A stretch of 64,000 bases of DNA from Dehalococcoidia bacterium (lineage in GTDB: Bacteria > Chloroflexota > Dehalococcoidia > SZUA-161 > SpSt-899): NCBI GenBank assembly GCA_041300025.1, contig JBGLNL010000001.1:1518792-1582791 (forward strand). Reading direction: 5' to 3'. Below the pieces are notes generated by a model, which did not search any database, was not told the origin of the DNA, and saw only the letters and a program-made list of their open reading frames with translations. Every line of letters begins with the position of its first letter. Position 1 is the stretch's first letter. Positions 8,935 through 20,243 of this stretch are shown here, one piece after another. The position numbers were made by a program, and so were the translations under genes.

Positions 8935-9678
8935 ATGACAGAACCTCAAAAACCATTGCCTCACGTCAAGCCGTTTGTTGAGAGAAAAACAAGACCACCA
9001 CAAAAACAGGCTGTAGATATGCGCGGCATGTTGAGCATTGCAACCATGCTGGCAAGCCTTGCTACATTGACCATGGCCCTGGGCGGGGGGTTTAAACTTG
9101 TCCTGGATATTTTCAGCGATGGACTTGTCAACAGCATGAGCGATATGCCGGTCAAGGTCGCCGTGCTGGGATTTACCTTTCTCTTTGGCTGGATAACCGG
9201 GTTGATCAGCATCCGCGGTTTCGGAAATTTGTTCTATCCCCTCATCATAAGAATTTACACCTGGGGCTGCCTGGGAGCAGTTGGCATCCTCTACATCAAG
9301 ATCATTCAAAAACTATATGTGCATACCTATGATGGCTTGCGTTTCGGGATGTATTTGGCCATCCTGCTTGGTGGATTATTTGCTTTGTTCTTTTTACATC
9401 TGCTGATAGAAGATCACGACCTGCGCCCCTTTGCCATTCCATTGCTCATCATCAGCGTCATTCATCTGTTTGTAATCGTATTTCATTATGTTTTTGCCGG
9501 GGAAACGGATGGGATGTTCGCCCTGGCCGATTTCACAGTTTTCATCCTGATGATCGTCATCTCAGGACTGATGCTAATGCATATCGGCATCTTTTCTCCC
9601 ATGCGCGAGGCAATTGGCGATTTATTTGAAAAGAAACCGGAGCCTGAAAACAAAAGCAATGGAAATGGCGTGAGTTGA
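8935..9678 (+). CDS. Hypothetical multi-pass membrane protein
   Basis: Long ORF with ~6 hydrophobic segments; ATG at 8935 preceded by GGAG. Confidence 0.7.
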   Translation: MTEPQKPLPHVKPFVERKTRPPQKQAVDMRGMLSIATMLASLATLTMALGGGFKLVLDIFSDGLVNSMSDMPVKVAVLGFTFLFGWITGLISIRGFGNLFYPLIIRIYTWGCLGAVGILYIKIIQKLYVHTYDGLRFGMYLAILLGGLFALFFLHLLIEDHDLRPFAIPLLIISVIHLFVIVFHYVFAGETDGMFALADFTVFILMIVISGLMLMHIGIFSPMREAIGDLFEKKPEPENKSNGNGVS

Positions 9679-9722
9679 CCCATCGTTATTTCGTTTGTCC
9701 ACCCCGGGGACTTCAAATCAAC

Positions 9723-11096
9723 CTACGAGACAGTTGATATTCTCTTTTTGCCTAGAAACAACAGCAAGCCAATAAGCGCCAGGAATTCAGAATATAAGTA
9801 TTTATATTGTCCAAACATAAAACCAGCAAAAGATAGAAAGGGGGCATTGATAATATCTGGCAGCGCAGAGATCATCAAAGCGATAAAAATGATCGCAACA
9901 GAAATTTTCTTTGAAGTGGTTTGTTTGGATGAAAACAGGTAAATGCAAACGCTAAAAAGCGGCAAAAGCCATACCATGTTCATAGTCCACGTAACCGGAC
10001 TAACCAACAGAGTAACGACGACCGGTATTTGCCAGTAAAGATACTCCTCGACGGTTGAAAGCCCACCTGGCAAATAACGATTACTCCAAATTGCAATTGC
10101 TGCAAAGAAAATAAGATACAATCCGATAGAGATTCCTGCACGGGATGTTATTCCCAAAAGCGCTAATTTATCCCAAAGTGGTTCGACCAGTGTTGCGTCT
10201 GTGGCAAAATCCAGGGAACTGAGTAGATATCCGTGTCCGTCCTTTATAGTGTCAAAACCAGGCGGCGTTTGCGCCAGAATTGAACGGATTGGCTTGGTGT
10301 TCACCAGAGTGTTCGACTTGGCTATATCGCCGATATTCGCCATTCGCGGCAGATGGTTGTAAACATAATCCACCAGATGGGTTGCACTTCCCTGAAAAAC
10401 AACAGTAAGAACAAGGATAAGCACCAGTCCCAGTCCAAATCCATATAAAACGCGAAAACGTTTTTGCAAAAAAACAAAGGGGAGGAAAAAGATTACATAC
10501 AGCTTCAAAAGAGCCGCAAAAGACAGCAGGATGCCCGATGAGAGCTCCCCAAACCTCTCTCTTTTGACCATGAGCCAGATAGCTATCGTTATCAAAAGAA
10601 TGGTAAAGACGTCAATCTGCCCCCTTTCCACATGCGCAAGCAGCGGAAAATACCAAAGCGCCAGACTGAAAGCCAGAAGAATCCTCCTATAGCTGATTGC
10701 AGGGAAGAATCCTTCAGCGACAATAAATGTTGCCATGACAGCCGCCAGTTCCAACCCTCCCCAAATCCACTTTGCCACATGATATGGAAGAGCCGCAAGC
10801 GGTTGGAAAAAACTTGCGACAAGTGGCGGGTAGAGGAATCTACTATACTTGTACCGGTTGACACCGTCCCAAATTGGCGGTTGATTGTGGACAAAATTCT
10901 TATAAGGTGACAGCCCATGATTTAGGGATTCCCCCGCAGTATAGTATGCGGAGAAATCCATTTGCAAACTTTCGTTCGAAAAAGTAATCAAATAGTTCGC
11001 AAACCTAAATATCGACACCAACAATAGTAAAAGCAGCAAAAGATCGAAGACAATTTCCAAAATTTTCGGTTTACCAACAGAAATACTGGATTTCAT
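9723..11096 (-). CDS. Glycosyltransferase family 87 (DUF2029-like)
   Basis: DFSAYY, FLYPP, ERGQID, LLKLY, SPVTWTMN in a polytopic protein. Confidence 0.85.
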   Translation of the reverse strand: MKSSISVGKPKILEIVFDLLLLLLLLVSIFRFANYLITFSNESLQMDFSAYYTAGESLNHGLSPYKNFVHNQPPIWDGVNRYKYSRFLYPPLVASFFQPLAALPYHVAKWIWGGLELAAVMATFIVAEGFFPAISYRRILLAFSLALWYFPLLAHVERGQIDVFTILLITIAIWLMVKRERFGELSSGILLSFAALLKLYVIFFLPFVFLQKRFRVLYGFGLGLVLILVLTVVFQGSATHLVDYVYNHLPRMANIGDIAKSNTLVNTKPIRSILAQTPPGFDTIKDGHGYLLSSLDFATDATLVEPLWDKLALLGITSRAGISIGLYLIFFAAIAIWSNRYLPGGLSTVEEYLYWQIPVVVTLLVSPVTWTMNMVWLLPLFSVCIYLFSSKQTTSKKISVAIIFIALMISALPDIINAPFLSFAGFMFGQYKYLYSEFLALIGLLLFLGKKRISTVS

Positions 11097-11284
11097 GAAT
11101 AATCCTCTTGCAAAAAGATTCTAGACATTCGTCCACCTTCCCACTCCGCCTTATTTCAGGTCATCATAACAGATGATATCAAGGGGCATAAAAAGGATTG
11201 AAAGGACTCTCTCAAAGGAATTTATACGCCCGCTTTCAGACTTGCGCAAGAACGCCCGTCAATCCAATATATGGACCTAATGTC

Positions 11285-11650
11285 TTAATTCTTCACCAGT
11301 GGTAAACGCACAAAGAATGTACTGCCAGGGTAATTTACTTCGTCATGTCCGCCACTTTCCACCCAGATATTTCCCTGTAAAGCTTTCACAATACCGGAAG
11401 CGATGGCCAGCCCCAGCCCGGCGCCTCCGCCCTTGTAATTGGTACGGCTGGAGGAATGCAGTTCCACCGTCCCCAATTGGAATAATTTTTCAAAGATGAT
11501 CTTGTGATGCTCGGCATCGATGCCAATGCCCGTATCCTTCACACGCACCTCGGCACACCTGCCCAAGCGCGCGTCCTCCACCACCTGCCCAGATACATGG
11601 ATCGAACCGCCGTCAGGCGTGAATTTGATGGCGTTGACAATCACATGCCT
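11285..11650 (-). CDS. Sensor histidine kinase HATPase domain, C-terminal fragment
   Basis: NAIKFT (N box), DTGIGI (G1), GAGLGL (G2), GSTF. Confidence 0.92.
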   Translation of the reverse strand, partial: RHVIVNAIKFTPDGGSIHVSGQVVEDARLGRCAEVRVKDTGIGIDAEHHKIIFEKLFQLGTVELHSSSRTNYKGGGAGLGLAIASGIVKALQGNIWVESGGHDEVNYPGSTFFVRLPLVKN

Positions 11651-12626
11651 CATCTCTCCATTCAATTTCAGTATCAGCCAGCCTGTCATCGATAACGGCC
11701 TGCATGATATCCACGAGGTCGGTTTTGAGCAGGGGCATGATAACTTGTGTTTCGGGGTCGCCGAATCGGGCGTTAAACTCCAGTACCTTCGGGCCGTCTT
11801 TTGTCATCATCAGCCCGGCATAGAGGACGCCTTTGTAAGGATACCCCTCCTGAGCCATCGCTTTGATGGTAGGCTTCATTACAGTTTCCATTACCAAATC
11901 CCGGAGTTCGGTGGTGAAGAATTCCGATGGACTGTAACAGCCCATGCCTCCGGTGTTGAGACCTTTATCTCCATCGAGGGCACGTTTATAGTCGCACGCT
12001 GGAACCATTGGAACGATGGTTTTGCCGTCGGTGAAGGCCAGCAGGCTGGCTTCCCTTCCCACCAGACATTCCTCTACAAGAACTTTCTTCCCGGCGTTTC
12101 CGAAGGCCTTCTTGTTCATGATGTTATCCAGTGCGGCGATGGCTTCGTTGTGTGAAGCGGCGATAATAACGCCTTTGCCGGCAGCCAGTCCGTCAGCCTT
12201 TATGACGATGGGAACCGGCTGTTTCTTTGCATAATCTTTGGCTTTCTCGAATGAAGTGAAGGTAGCGCTTTTGGCGCAGGGGATGCCATATTTGAACATC
12301 AGCTCCTTGGCAAAAACCTTGCTGCCCTCGATTTGAGCGGCGCCTTTTTGCGGCCCGAATGCGGCGATTCCGGCCTGTTTTAGAGCATCGATCAGTCCTT
12401 CGGTCAGTGGAGCTTCAGGGCCGACCACAACCAGATCGATTTCGTTTTCCTGTGCCGCTCGGGTAAGGGCTGGAATATCGCCAGACGAAACCGGAAGGTT
12501 TTGAGCTATGGCTGCTGTGCCGGCATTGCCCGGTGCGACAAAGAGCCTTTCCAGTCCGGGGCTTTGTGATAACTTCCAGGCCAGGGTATGTTCCCTGGCC
12601 CCGTTCCCGATCACCATGATTTTCAT
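11645..12626 (-). CDS. purD: Phosphoribosylamine-glycine ligase, 3'-truncated
   Basis: GNGAREH, KADGLAAGKGV, NTGGMG, EFNARFGDPE. Confidence 0.97.
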
Positions 12627-12664
12627 GGCAAGCTCCTGGCGGAAATATTATCAAAAGGGGATAT

Positions 12665-13597
12665 TTACCAACCCGTATCCCCTCCCATATCCATCATATC
12701 CATAGCTTCATTTGCTTCAGAGGGCAACTTGATGGAAACTGACTTATTGTAGTCTTTGAAGTTCATGGTCATAGATATATTCATATCCATTGAGCCTTCT
12801 TCTCCCGGAACGCCCATATCTTCCGCTGTTATCACCATCTCCATTTCAATTTCGGCTTTCATGGGGAAGAAGGTGTCTTTGGCATACCACTGGGTTACTG
12901 AGAAATCCTTGATCATATCTGCTAATTCGGACGCATCCATGCCTTCCGGCAGGGGATCAACTCCCAAACCTTCGCCCATTCCCGGCTGACTCATAAGTGA
13001 GTTAAACAGTTCGAGCATGTCGGGGGTCATTTTGACCTTATAGCAACTGGCACCGTTAACATTGCCCCCGTCGGAGATTTCCAGTTCGGCGGATTCCAGA
13101 AGTTCGGTTTGCTGGCTAACCATATCCTGTGATTCCCATGTTCCGAGAGGCATTTCCATCTTCATCCACTGCTCAGGCATTCCCATCATTTCACCCGTTT
13201 TCATATACATCACATTGTCCACAATGTATGTTGCCATTTCTGCATCCACATCCATATCGCCCATCGTACCCATATCCATCTTCATGCTCACATCCATATC
13301 CATTTGCATTTCCTGATTGACGCTGTCCACCATTCCGTCCCCATCAATCGTCATATCCATGCTGAAATTTTCGCCCATGCTTTCACCGCTCATTTCCATA
13401 GCCATGTTCATATCAAACTTGTAGGTTTCAGCATCATCACTTGCGGCTATGGCTTTTTCGATCATTTCAGTATCGCTAATCTTGCCGCTCCCTCCGTTAC
13501 CGTTGCCATCGCCGCCGTCGCCACAGCCAAAAAGCCCGATAGACAACATCAGCACCAGCACTAGGGATAATCCTGCTAAAATTATGTTCCTGATCAT
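12665..13597 (-). CDS. Met-rich lipoprotein (DUF6612/LppX-like fold inferred)
   Basis: Signal peptide with lipobox LFGC, Gly/Asp linker, alternating beta-strand pattern, very Met-rich. Confidence 0.7.
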   Translation of the reverse strand: MIRNIILAGLSLVLVLMLSIGLFGCGDGGDGNGNGGSGKISDTEMIEKAIAASDDAETYKFDMNMAMEMSGESMGENFSMDMTIDGDGMVDSVNQEMQMDMDVSMKMDMGTMGDMDVDAEMATYIVDNVMYMKTGEMMGMPEQWMKMEMPLGTWESQDMVSQQTELLESAELEISDGGNVNGASCYKVKMTPDMLELFNSLMSQPGMGEGLGVDPLPEGMDASELADMIKDFSVTQWYAKDTFFPMKAEIEMEMVITAEDMGVPGEEGSMDMNISMTMNFKDYNKSVSIKLPSEANEAMDMMDMGGDTGW

Positions 13598-13614
13598 TTT
13601 ATCCTCCCTTTATT

Positions 13615-15120
13615 TTATTCCCATTCAATAGTAGCGGGCGGCTTTGACGAGATGTCATAGACCACCCGGTTGACCCCTTCAACTTCGTTGACTATCCGGT
13701 TGGATATGGTTGCCAGAACTTCGTAAGGAAGCCGTGCCCAGTCGGCTGTCATGGCATCTTCCGAGGTTACTGCCCTGATGGCGACCACGTAGTTGTAAGT
13801 TCGATAATCCCCCATCACCCCTACACTCTTCAGAGGAGTTAGCACCGCAAAGCTCTGCCATAATTGCCGGTAAAGGTTAGCCCGCTTGATTTCCTGCATC
13901 ACGATCCAGTCAGCAGCACGCAACATTTCCAGCCGTTCCCGGGTAATCTCCCCTATGATGCGGATTGCCAGTCCCGGGCCGGGGAAGGGCTGACGCCAGA
14001 CCATTTCATCAGGAAGGCCCAGAGCAGTTCCAACTTCTCTTACCTCATCTTTGAAGAGATATCGCAGCGGCTCGATGAGTTTGAGTCTCATCACCTCAGG
14101 CAGGCCGCCGACGTTGTGATGGGTTTTGATGGTGGAAGATGTCCGGCTTACGGTTGCCGTACTTTCAATTACATCAGGATAGAGCGTTCCCTGAGCCAGA
14201 AAATCCACTTTGCCAATCTTATTAGCTTCTTCCTCAAAGACTTTTATGAACTCATTTCCAATAATATGGCGTTTCTTTTCAGGGTCGGTAACACCAGCCA
14301 GACTTTCCAGAAATCTTTCCGTGGCATCAACGTAAATCCCGTTCAGTTTCAGGTTTTTCTTAAATGTGCGAATGGTGCGCTCGATCTCCTCCCGGCGCAT
14401 CAATCCGTTATTGACGTAGATCGCGGTCAATTGATCCCCGATCGCTTTGTGCAATAAAGTGGCCACAACTGTGGAATCCACCCCTCCGGAAAGGGCGCAA
14501 ATTACCTTGCGCTTGCCTACTTTCTTTCTTATCCCCTCAATCTGCTGTTTAACAAAGTTCTTTGGTGTCCACTCGCCCTTAAAACTGCAGATTTTAAAGA
14601 GAAAGTTGGCCAGGATTTCCTTACCCTTAGGAGTATGCACCACCTCGGGATGAAATTGTATACCAATAATGTTTTGTCCGTTGGCGATGGCAGCTATGGG
14701 AGCGTTCTCGGTGTAGGCAATGCTGGTAAATCCGGGCGGCATCTCCATAATACGGTCACCGTGGCTCATCCAAACCGGTATTGCATCTTCTAAATTAGCG
14801 AAGAGGGGGATATTAGACTCGTTTTTGTAGAGCATTGACAGGCCATATTCACGCTTCTCTGCCGGGGCTACCTGCCCGCCGAGCTGGTGAACCAATACCT
14901 GCATTCCGTAACATATTCCCAGCACGGGAAGTCCGCTCTCATAAACGAAGGCGGGTGCAAGAGGGGCATCTGGTTCATACACGCTGGCAGGGCTTCCCGA
15001 GAGGATAAAACATTTGGGATTGAGGCTCTGAACCTTTTCCCACGCGATATCATGCGGCACAACTTCAGAGTAAACGCCACACTCGCGCACACGGCGAGCA
15101 ATAAGCCAGCTATACTGTGA
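13615..15120 (-). CDS. guaA: GMP synthase, slightly 5'-truncated
   Basis: [30 protein letters not shown]; DFG before GSQY lost at junction ~15123. Confidence 0.98.
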   Translation of the reverse strand, partial: SQYSWLIARRVRECGVYSEVVPHDIAWEKVQSLNPKCFILSGSPASVYEPDAPLAPAFVYESGLPVLGICYGMQVLVHQLGGQVAPAEKREYGLSMLYKNESNIPLFANLEDAIPVWMSHGDRIMEMPPGFTSIAYTENAPIAAIANGQNIIGIQFHPEVVHTPKGKEILANFLFKICSFKGEWTPKNFVKQQIEGIRKKVGKRKVICALSGGVDSTVVATLLHKAIGDQLTAIYVNNGLMRREEIERTIRTFKKNLKLNGIYVDATERFLESLAGVTDPEKKRHIIGNEFIKVFEEEANKIGKVDFLAQGTLYPDVIESTATVSRTSSTIKTHHNVGGLPEVMRLKLIEPLRYLFKDEVREVGTALGLPDEMVWRQPFPGPGLAIRIIGEITRERLEMLRAADWIVMQEIKRANLYRQLWQSFAVLTPLKSVGVMGDYRTYNYVVAIRAVTSEDAMTADWARLPYEVLATISNRIVNEVEGVNRVVYDISSKPPATIEWE

Positions 15121-15124
15121 CCCA

Positions 15125-15742
15125 ATGATGTGGACCAATGAAGAAGTCTACGACATCGTCAAGGGGCATCAGGACAGGCTGGTAGGCATAGCTGGTTATG
15201 ATCCGTTCAATATTGCCAAAAGCCTGGAAGAGCTGGATATTGCGGTGAAAGAATGGGGTTTTAAAGGCGTCTACGGGCACTTCATGACCTTCGGGCTGGC
15301 CCCGAACGACAGGCGGATGTACCCTCTATATGCCAAGGCCGGAGAGCTGGGAGTTCCTGTTGCCATGCAGCTTGGTCATGGCATGGAGTTGTATCCTAAC
15401 GAGCCGGGAAGGCCTATTTATCTGGACCAGGTGGCCCTGGATTTCCCTGAGACCAACTTAATCGGTTCGCACACCGGATGGCCGTGGACTGAGGAGATGG
15501 AAGCTATGGCCTGGAAGCATCCCAACGTTTATGTGGATATCGCCGGGCACAATCCGCAATACCTTGCCCCCAACATTGTGAATTTCCTTAACACTCGAGG
15601 CCGGGACAAGACCCTGTTCGGCTCCAACGGATGGCCCTGGAAAATGCTCTTCGGGCAGCTTGATAATATGAATCTGAAGGACAAAACAAAACAGCTTTTA
15701 TTAAGAGACAACGCCGTCAAGCTATATAAACTCGATAAATAG
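15125..15742 (+). CDS. Amidohydrolase family 2 protein, C-terminal fragment
   Basis: GFKGV, SHTGWPW, NVYVD, LFGSN, NAVKL. Confidence 0.85.
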   Translation: MMWTNEEVYDIVKGHQDRLVGIAGYDPFNIAKSLEELDIAVKEWGFKGVYGHFMTFGLAPNDRRMYPLYAKAGELGVPVAMQLGHGMELYPNEPGRPIYLDQVALDFPETNLIGSHTGWPWTEEMEAMAWKHPNVYVDIAGHNPQYLAPNIVNFLNTRGRDKTLFGSNGWPWKMLFGQLDNMNLKDKTKQLLLRDNAVKLYKLDK

Positions 15743-15781
15743 ATTCCTTCCGAATTGCGCAACGTAAATGCAATTATCCAT

Positions 15782-15938
15782 GTTGTCCGAAAACAGGTGC
15801 AGTCTGTCTAGGCGGATTCCTGCCGGGGGTCTGGGGGTGCCCCCCCAGTTTCAAATCCCCATCTTTCCCCCTTTGTGAAAGGGGGACGAAAAGGGAGTTC
15901 GGCAATACTAGGGGGCTGAAAAAGAGTTTTCAGACAAC
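15782..15938. mobile_element. MITE-like element, copy 1
   Basis: Terminal inverted repeats GTTGTCCGAAAAC / GTTTTCAGACAAC (12/13); internal modules shared with 26661, 42455, 62470. Confidence 0.7.
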
Positions 15939-15971
15939 CTGGGATTAGTGTTAGAAATGTGGCATTCGTAT

Positions 15972-15999
15972 GTAGGGGCAATTCACCAATTGCCCCTAC
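15972..15999. repeat. GTAG-type REP palindrome
   Basis: GTAGGGGCAATT-CACC-AATTGCCCCTAC perfect 12 bp stem. Confidence 0.75.
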
Positions 16000-16021
16000 A
16001 ATGATTTTGAGGAGGTCAAAA

Positions 16022-17215
16022 ATGGCAAAAGCGCTCGATGGAATCAAGGTACTTGATTTTTCCAGCTATTTCGCAGGCCCTTATTGCGGAATGCTGTTAG
16101 CCATGAACGGTGCCGATGTGACTCGCGTGGAGAAAGTCGGCGGTTCGGAGGATCGGAAGTTCGGGCCGTTTGCTCCCAACGGGGACGCCATTTTTTCTTC
16201 GATCATTTTGACTGCTCAAAAGAAATGCATTACCCTCAATACCCGAACCGATAAAGGCAGGAAGATACTGGGAAAACTGGTCAAAGATGCCGATGTAGTC
16301 CTTCATAACTTCATTCCCGACACACCTGAGGAACGGGTGCTGGCTTATGACGAGTTATGCAAAATCAATCCGAAGATCATAGTTACTCATATCACAGGTT
16401 TTGGGCATAAAGGCCCTTATGTCAAACGTAATTGCTTCGACTCCATTGCTCAGGCAATCTGCGGGCCCATGAGCTTCACCGGATTCCCCGGCAATCCTCC
16501 CACACGATATGGCACTGCCCCGATGGATTTTTCCACTGCTATCTCCGCTGCACTGGGTACCATGATGGCCCTGTTCCACCGCGAAAGGACCGGTGAGGGG
16601 CAGTTTGTCGATGTCTCCATGTTCAACGTTGGCGCAGCTATGGGCGGGGCGCTATTTGCCGCCGAATATAAATTGACCGGACTGGTACGAAAGCAGCACG
16701 GCAATGCCAGTTTCTTCAACTTCACCGATTGTTTTCAGTCCAGAGACGGTGACTGGATGATGATCAGCGCTATCGGCGATTTTATCTGGAAGCGATTTTG
16801 CCAGACTATCGAACGAGAGGATTTGCTTGAAGACCCGAGGTTTGTCGATGACATTACCCGCTATGAAAATCGTGAGCCTCTTTTTGAGATCGTGAGCAAA
16901 TGGGCAAAAGAGCGAACCTATCAGGAGATTACCGAGGTACTGGAAAAGGCGCGCATCCCTCATGGCCGGGTGAATAACATTGCCGAATTCTACGATGACC
17001 CGCATGCCCGGGCTCAGGAAATGATAGTTAATATAGATTATCCTGAGCTTGGCACTGTCCCGCTGCCCGGTGTTCCGATCAAACTTGCCGGAACGCCCGG
17101 TTCACTGGATAAAGCCGCGCCACCCTACGGGGCTAACAATGCCGAAATCTATGGCAAGCTTTTGGGGGCGGGAGAGGCGGAGATTCAGCAATTAGCCGAT
17201 GAAGGTGTTATCTAA
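16022..17215 (+). CDS. CoA-transferase family III (CaiB/BaiF)
   Basis: LDGIKVLDFS, GADVTRVE, ADVVLHNF, RERTGEGQFVDVSM. Confidence 0.92.
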   Translation: MAKALDGIKVLDFSSYFAGPYCGMLLAMNGADVTRVEKVGGSEDRKFGPFAPNGDAIFSSIILTAQKKCITLNTRTDKGRKILGKLVKDADVVLHNFIPDTPEERVLAYDELCKINPKIIVTHITGFGHKGPYVKRNCFDSIAQAICGPMSFTGFPGNPPTRYGTAPMDFSTAISAALGTMMALFHRERTGEGQFVDVSMFNVGAAMGGALFAAEYKLTGLVRKQHGNASFFNFTDCFQSRDGDWMMISAIGDFIWKRFCQTIEREDLLEDPRFVDDITRYENREPLFEIVSKWAKERTYQEITEVLEKARIPHGRVNNIAEFYDDPHARAQEMIVNIDYPELGTVPLPGVPIKLAGTPGSLDKAAPPYGANNAEIYGKLLGAGEAEIQQLADEGVI

Positions 17216-18600
17216 ACGGGGGTGTACGATCGAATCAGTTGAAGCATACAGGCAATCCGAGATTTATCGACGCAGGTGGTGGACGCTGGTGGTACTGGCG
17301 TTAAGCCTGATGATCGTTGCCATTGATAATACCATTGTTAATGTGGCTCTCCCCACCCTTCAGGTTGAACTGAATACGACCAGCTCTGAACTCCAGTGGA
17401 TCGTGGATGCCTATATTCTGGTGTTTGCCGCCATGCTGCTGACCATGGGTTCACTCGGAGATCGCTGGGGAAGAGCCCTCATGTTACGGGTAGGTATCCT
17501 CGTTTTCGGCGCAGCCAGCTTGGGCGCCACGTTCGCCGATTCTCCAATTCAGTTGATTATTACCCGGGCAGTGATGGGGCTGGGTGCCTCAACGATTATG
17601 CCGGCAACGCTGGCGATCATCACCAATGTTTTCCCAAGGGAAGAACGCGGTAAAGCGCTGGGGGTATGGGGTGGTGTGGTAGGTGCCGGCGTGGCGCTGG
17701 GGCCTATACTGGGGGGCGTGCTGATCGAATACGTCAACTGGGCTGCCATTTTCTTTATCAATGTGCCGATCGTTATTATTGCTCTCATTGGCGGGTATTT
17801 TTTCGTGCCGGACAGCCGCGATCCCAAACCTAGAAAACCGGATATTCCGGGTACATTGATTTCAGGCGTGGCGCTGGCGCTGATGGTCTTTGGACTCATC
17901 AAGGGGGGTGAGTGGGGTTGGGGGGAAATCTCCGTCATTGGTACGCTGGCGGCGGCGGTGTTACTTTTTATAATATTTGGATTCTGGGAGCGCCATACAA
18001 CCCATCCCATGCTGGATATGTGGCTATTCCGTAACCGGCGGTTTTCAGCGGGCATAGGATCGGTGACATTACTCATGCTTGGTCAGATGGGGTTAATTTT
18101 TGGTTTGACGCAATACATGCAGTTCGTTTTGGGGTATTCCGCACTGGGCACCGGCATCCGTTTCCTTCCCTTTGCAGCGGGCGTGGCCATCGGTGCCAAT
18201 GTGAGCCCCTGGCTGGCCAGGCGCATCGGGACCAACCGTGTTCTGGCCGCAGCTTTTGGGGGCGTTGCCCTGATTATCGGTGGGGCTTCTTTCTGGGAAG
18301 CGGATACCTCATTTTGGGTACTGGGCCCCATGTTCTTTGCCTTTTCTTATTGCATGGGCCATGTGATGCCGATTTGCTCTGATGCTATTCTGGGGGCCGT
18401 GCCGGAAGCACGTGCCGGGGTGGGATCCGCTACCAATAGCGCTTCCGTGCAAGTCGGCGCGGCGATCGGTGTTGCGGCGCTCGGATCGGCCCTAAGCACG
18501 GTTTATTCTTCGCATATCAAACCTGCCATCCAATCGATCCCGGAACTTCCTGCTGAGGCAGCCGATGCCGCCAGTGATTCGATAGGCGCCGCCCTAGCGG
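17199..18600 (+). CDS. DHA2-family MFS drug efflux transporter, 3'-truncated
   Basis: IDNTIVNVALP, LGDRWGR, DMWLFRNRRF; cut at ~18597. Confidence 0.92.
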
Positions 18601-19536
18601 CTCGTAATTTACACCTGTAATAGTTGCTAAATCATCTCCTTTTAACCTTTCGACCACTTCACAATCATCAAGTCCTGCCTGTTTCAAGAGGGCTGAAGCT
18701 AGTATTATATACTCATCGTCTTCCTTCACGACGACATACTCGGCCTCAGGCGCTACTGCCAAAGCCGTATTGCCCGGCAGGGTCCAAGGAGTGGTGGTCC
18801 AAGCAAGCAAATAAGTTGGTTTGTCGCGTGAGAGTTTATAGAGTTGCTTTTGTTTATTAGGTTTATCATAATCGTAATCTGATATCGGCGAGGGAACAAC
18901 CTTGAATTTGATATAGACCGAAGGGTCCGGAGTGTCATCTTTATAGCCCAGAGCAACTTCGTGCGAACTGAGGGAAGTGCCACAGCGGGGGCAATGGGGC
19001 GTTACTCTGTACCCCTGATAAACCAGCCCTTTCTCCCACAATTCCCTGATAACCCACCAGCAGGATTCGACGAAGGTGTTGTTATAGGTGATGTAGGGGT
19101 GATCGAGGTCAACCCAGAACCCGATACGTTCTGTCAGCCGGTTCCATTCCCCGATATTGGCGGTTACGCTTTCTCTGCACCTGGCGTTGAACTTCCCGAT
19201 TCCATATTCTTCGATTTGGGTTTTTGAAGTAAAGCCAAGCTCATTTTCGATCCCCAGCTCTACGGGCAACCCGTGGGTATCCCATCCGGCAATGCGGGGT
19301 GTGTAGTAACCCCGCATAGATTTGTATCTGGGGAAAACATCTTTAAATACCCGGGAAAGTACATGGTGAATGCCGGGTCTTGAATTAACCGTCGGCGGCC
19401 CCTCGTAAAGAGTGTACCGAGGGCCATCACGGCGTTGTTCAACGCTCTTTTCAAAGATGTGCTCTTCTTTCCAGAACCGTAAAATTTTCTCTTCAAGCTG
19501 ACTGAAACCTGGTTTGCTTTCAACTGGATGGAACAT
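18597..19536 (-). CDS. ileS: Isoleucyl-tRNA synthetase, N-terminal fragment
   Basis: YEGPPT...GIHH, GWDTHGLPVE, WTTTPWTLPGN. Confidence 0.97.
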
Positions 19537-19554
19537 TTGAGAAAACCCGAATTT

Positions 19555-20241
19555 TTATTTTTTGAGCGAAACAACCACCTTGCGCCGTTCGCCATAGCCT
19601 ACGCTTCCGGTAATAACTCCCTCTTCTTCCCTGAGGGTAAGGTGTACGATTCTGCGTTCCCAGGCCCCCATTGGTTCCATGGTGATGGATTGCTGCTTGG
19701 TTTTAACCAGATCAGCCACCTTCATGGCCATGTTCTGCAGTTCTTCGCGCCGCCTTTTCCGGTAATCGGCTACATCCACGAGAACCTTAACGCCGCTCTT
19801 GAGTCGACGGCTGGCAAGAAAATTCACCATATACTGCAGAGCAGAAAGTGCCTGTCCCCGCCGACCGATTAGAACCCCGGGATTGGAGGTGTTTATGCTG
19901 AAATTGATCGGTGTCTTTTCATCTTCGGATGGTGTCATCTCAACGCTTCCCTCAACTTCCATGAGAGACAGCAAATTTTCCAGCACTTCCCGTGCAGTGC
20001 TGGCAGCTAAATCCGTTTCAACCGGTGGTGAAACCTCTGTACCGGGAGCTTCCAGAGATGCAAGAGGAGTAACCTTTATTATCGCATCTTCGCCCCCCAG
20101 TCCCAGAATGCTCCGTCTAGCCTCTTGTAATACTTCTATTTCGACCTCTTCGGCCTTAGCAAGTCCCAGACGCTCAAGCGCCGTCTTAAGGGCCTCAGCT
20201 ACGGTTTTCCCTCTTACTTCTATAGCATTAGTGTTTTCCAT
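19555..20241 (-). CDS. jag: RNA-binding protein Jag/EloR (Jag_N-KH-R3H)
   Basis: GKTVAEAL, LIGRRGQAL, ERRIVH. Confidence 0.95.
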   Translation of the reverse strand: MENTNAIEVRGKTVAEALKTALERLGLAKAEEVEIEVLQEARRSILGLGGEDAIIKVTPLASLEAPGTEVSPPVETDLAASTAREVLENLLSLMEVEGSVEMTPSEDEKTPINFSINTSNPGVLIGRRGQALSALQYMVNFLASRRLKSGVKVLVDVADYRKRRREELQNMAMKVADLVKTKQQSITMEPMGAWERRIVHLTLREEEGVITGSVGYGERRKVVVSLKK

Positions 20242-20243
20242 AT

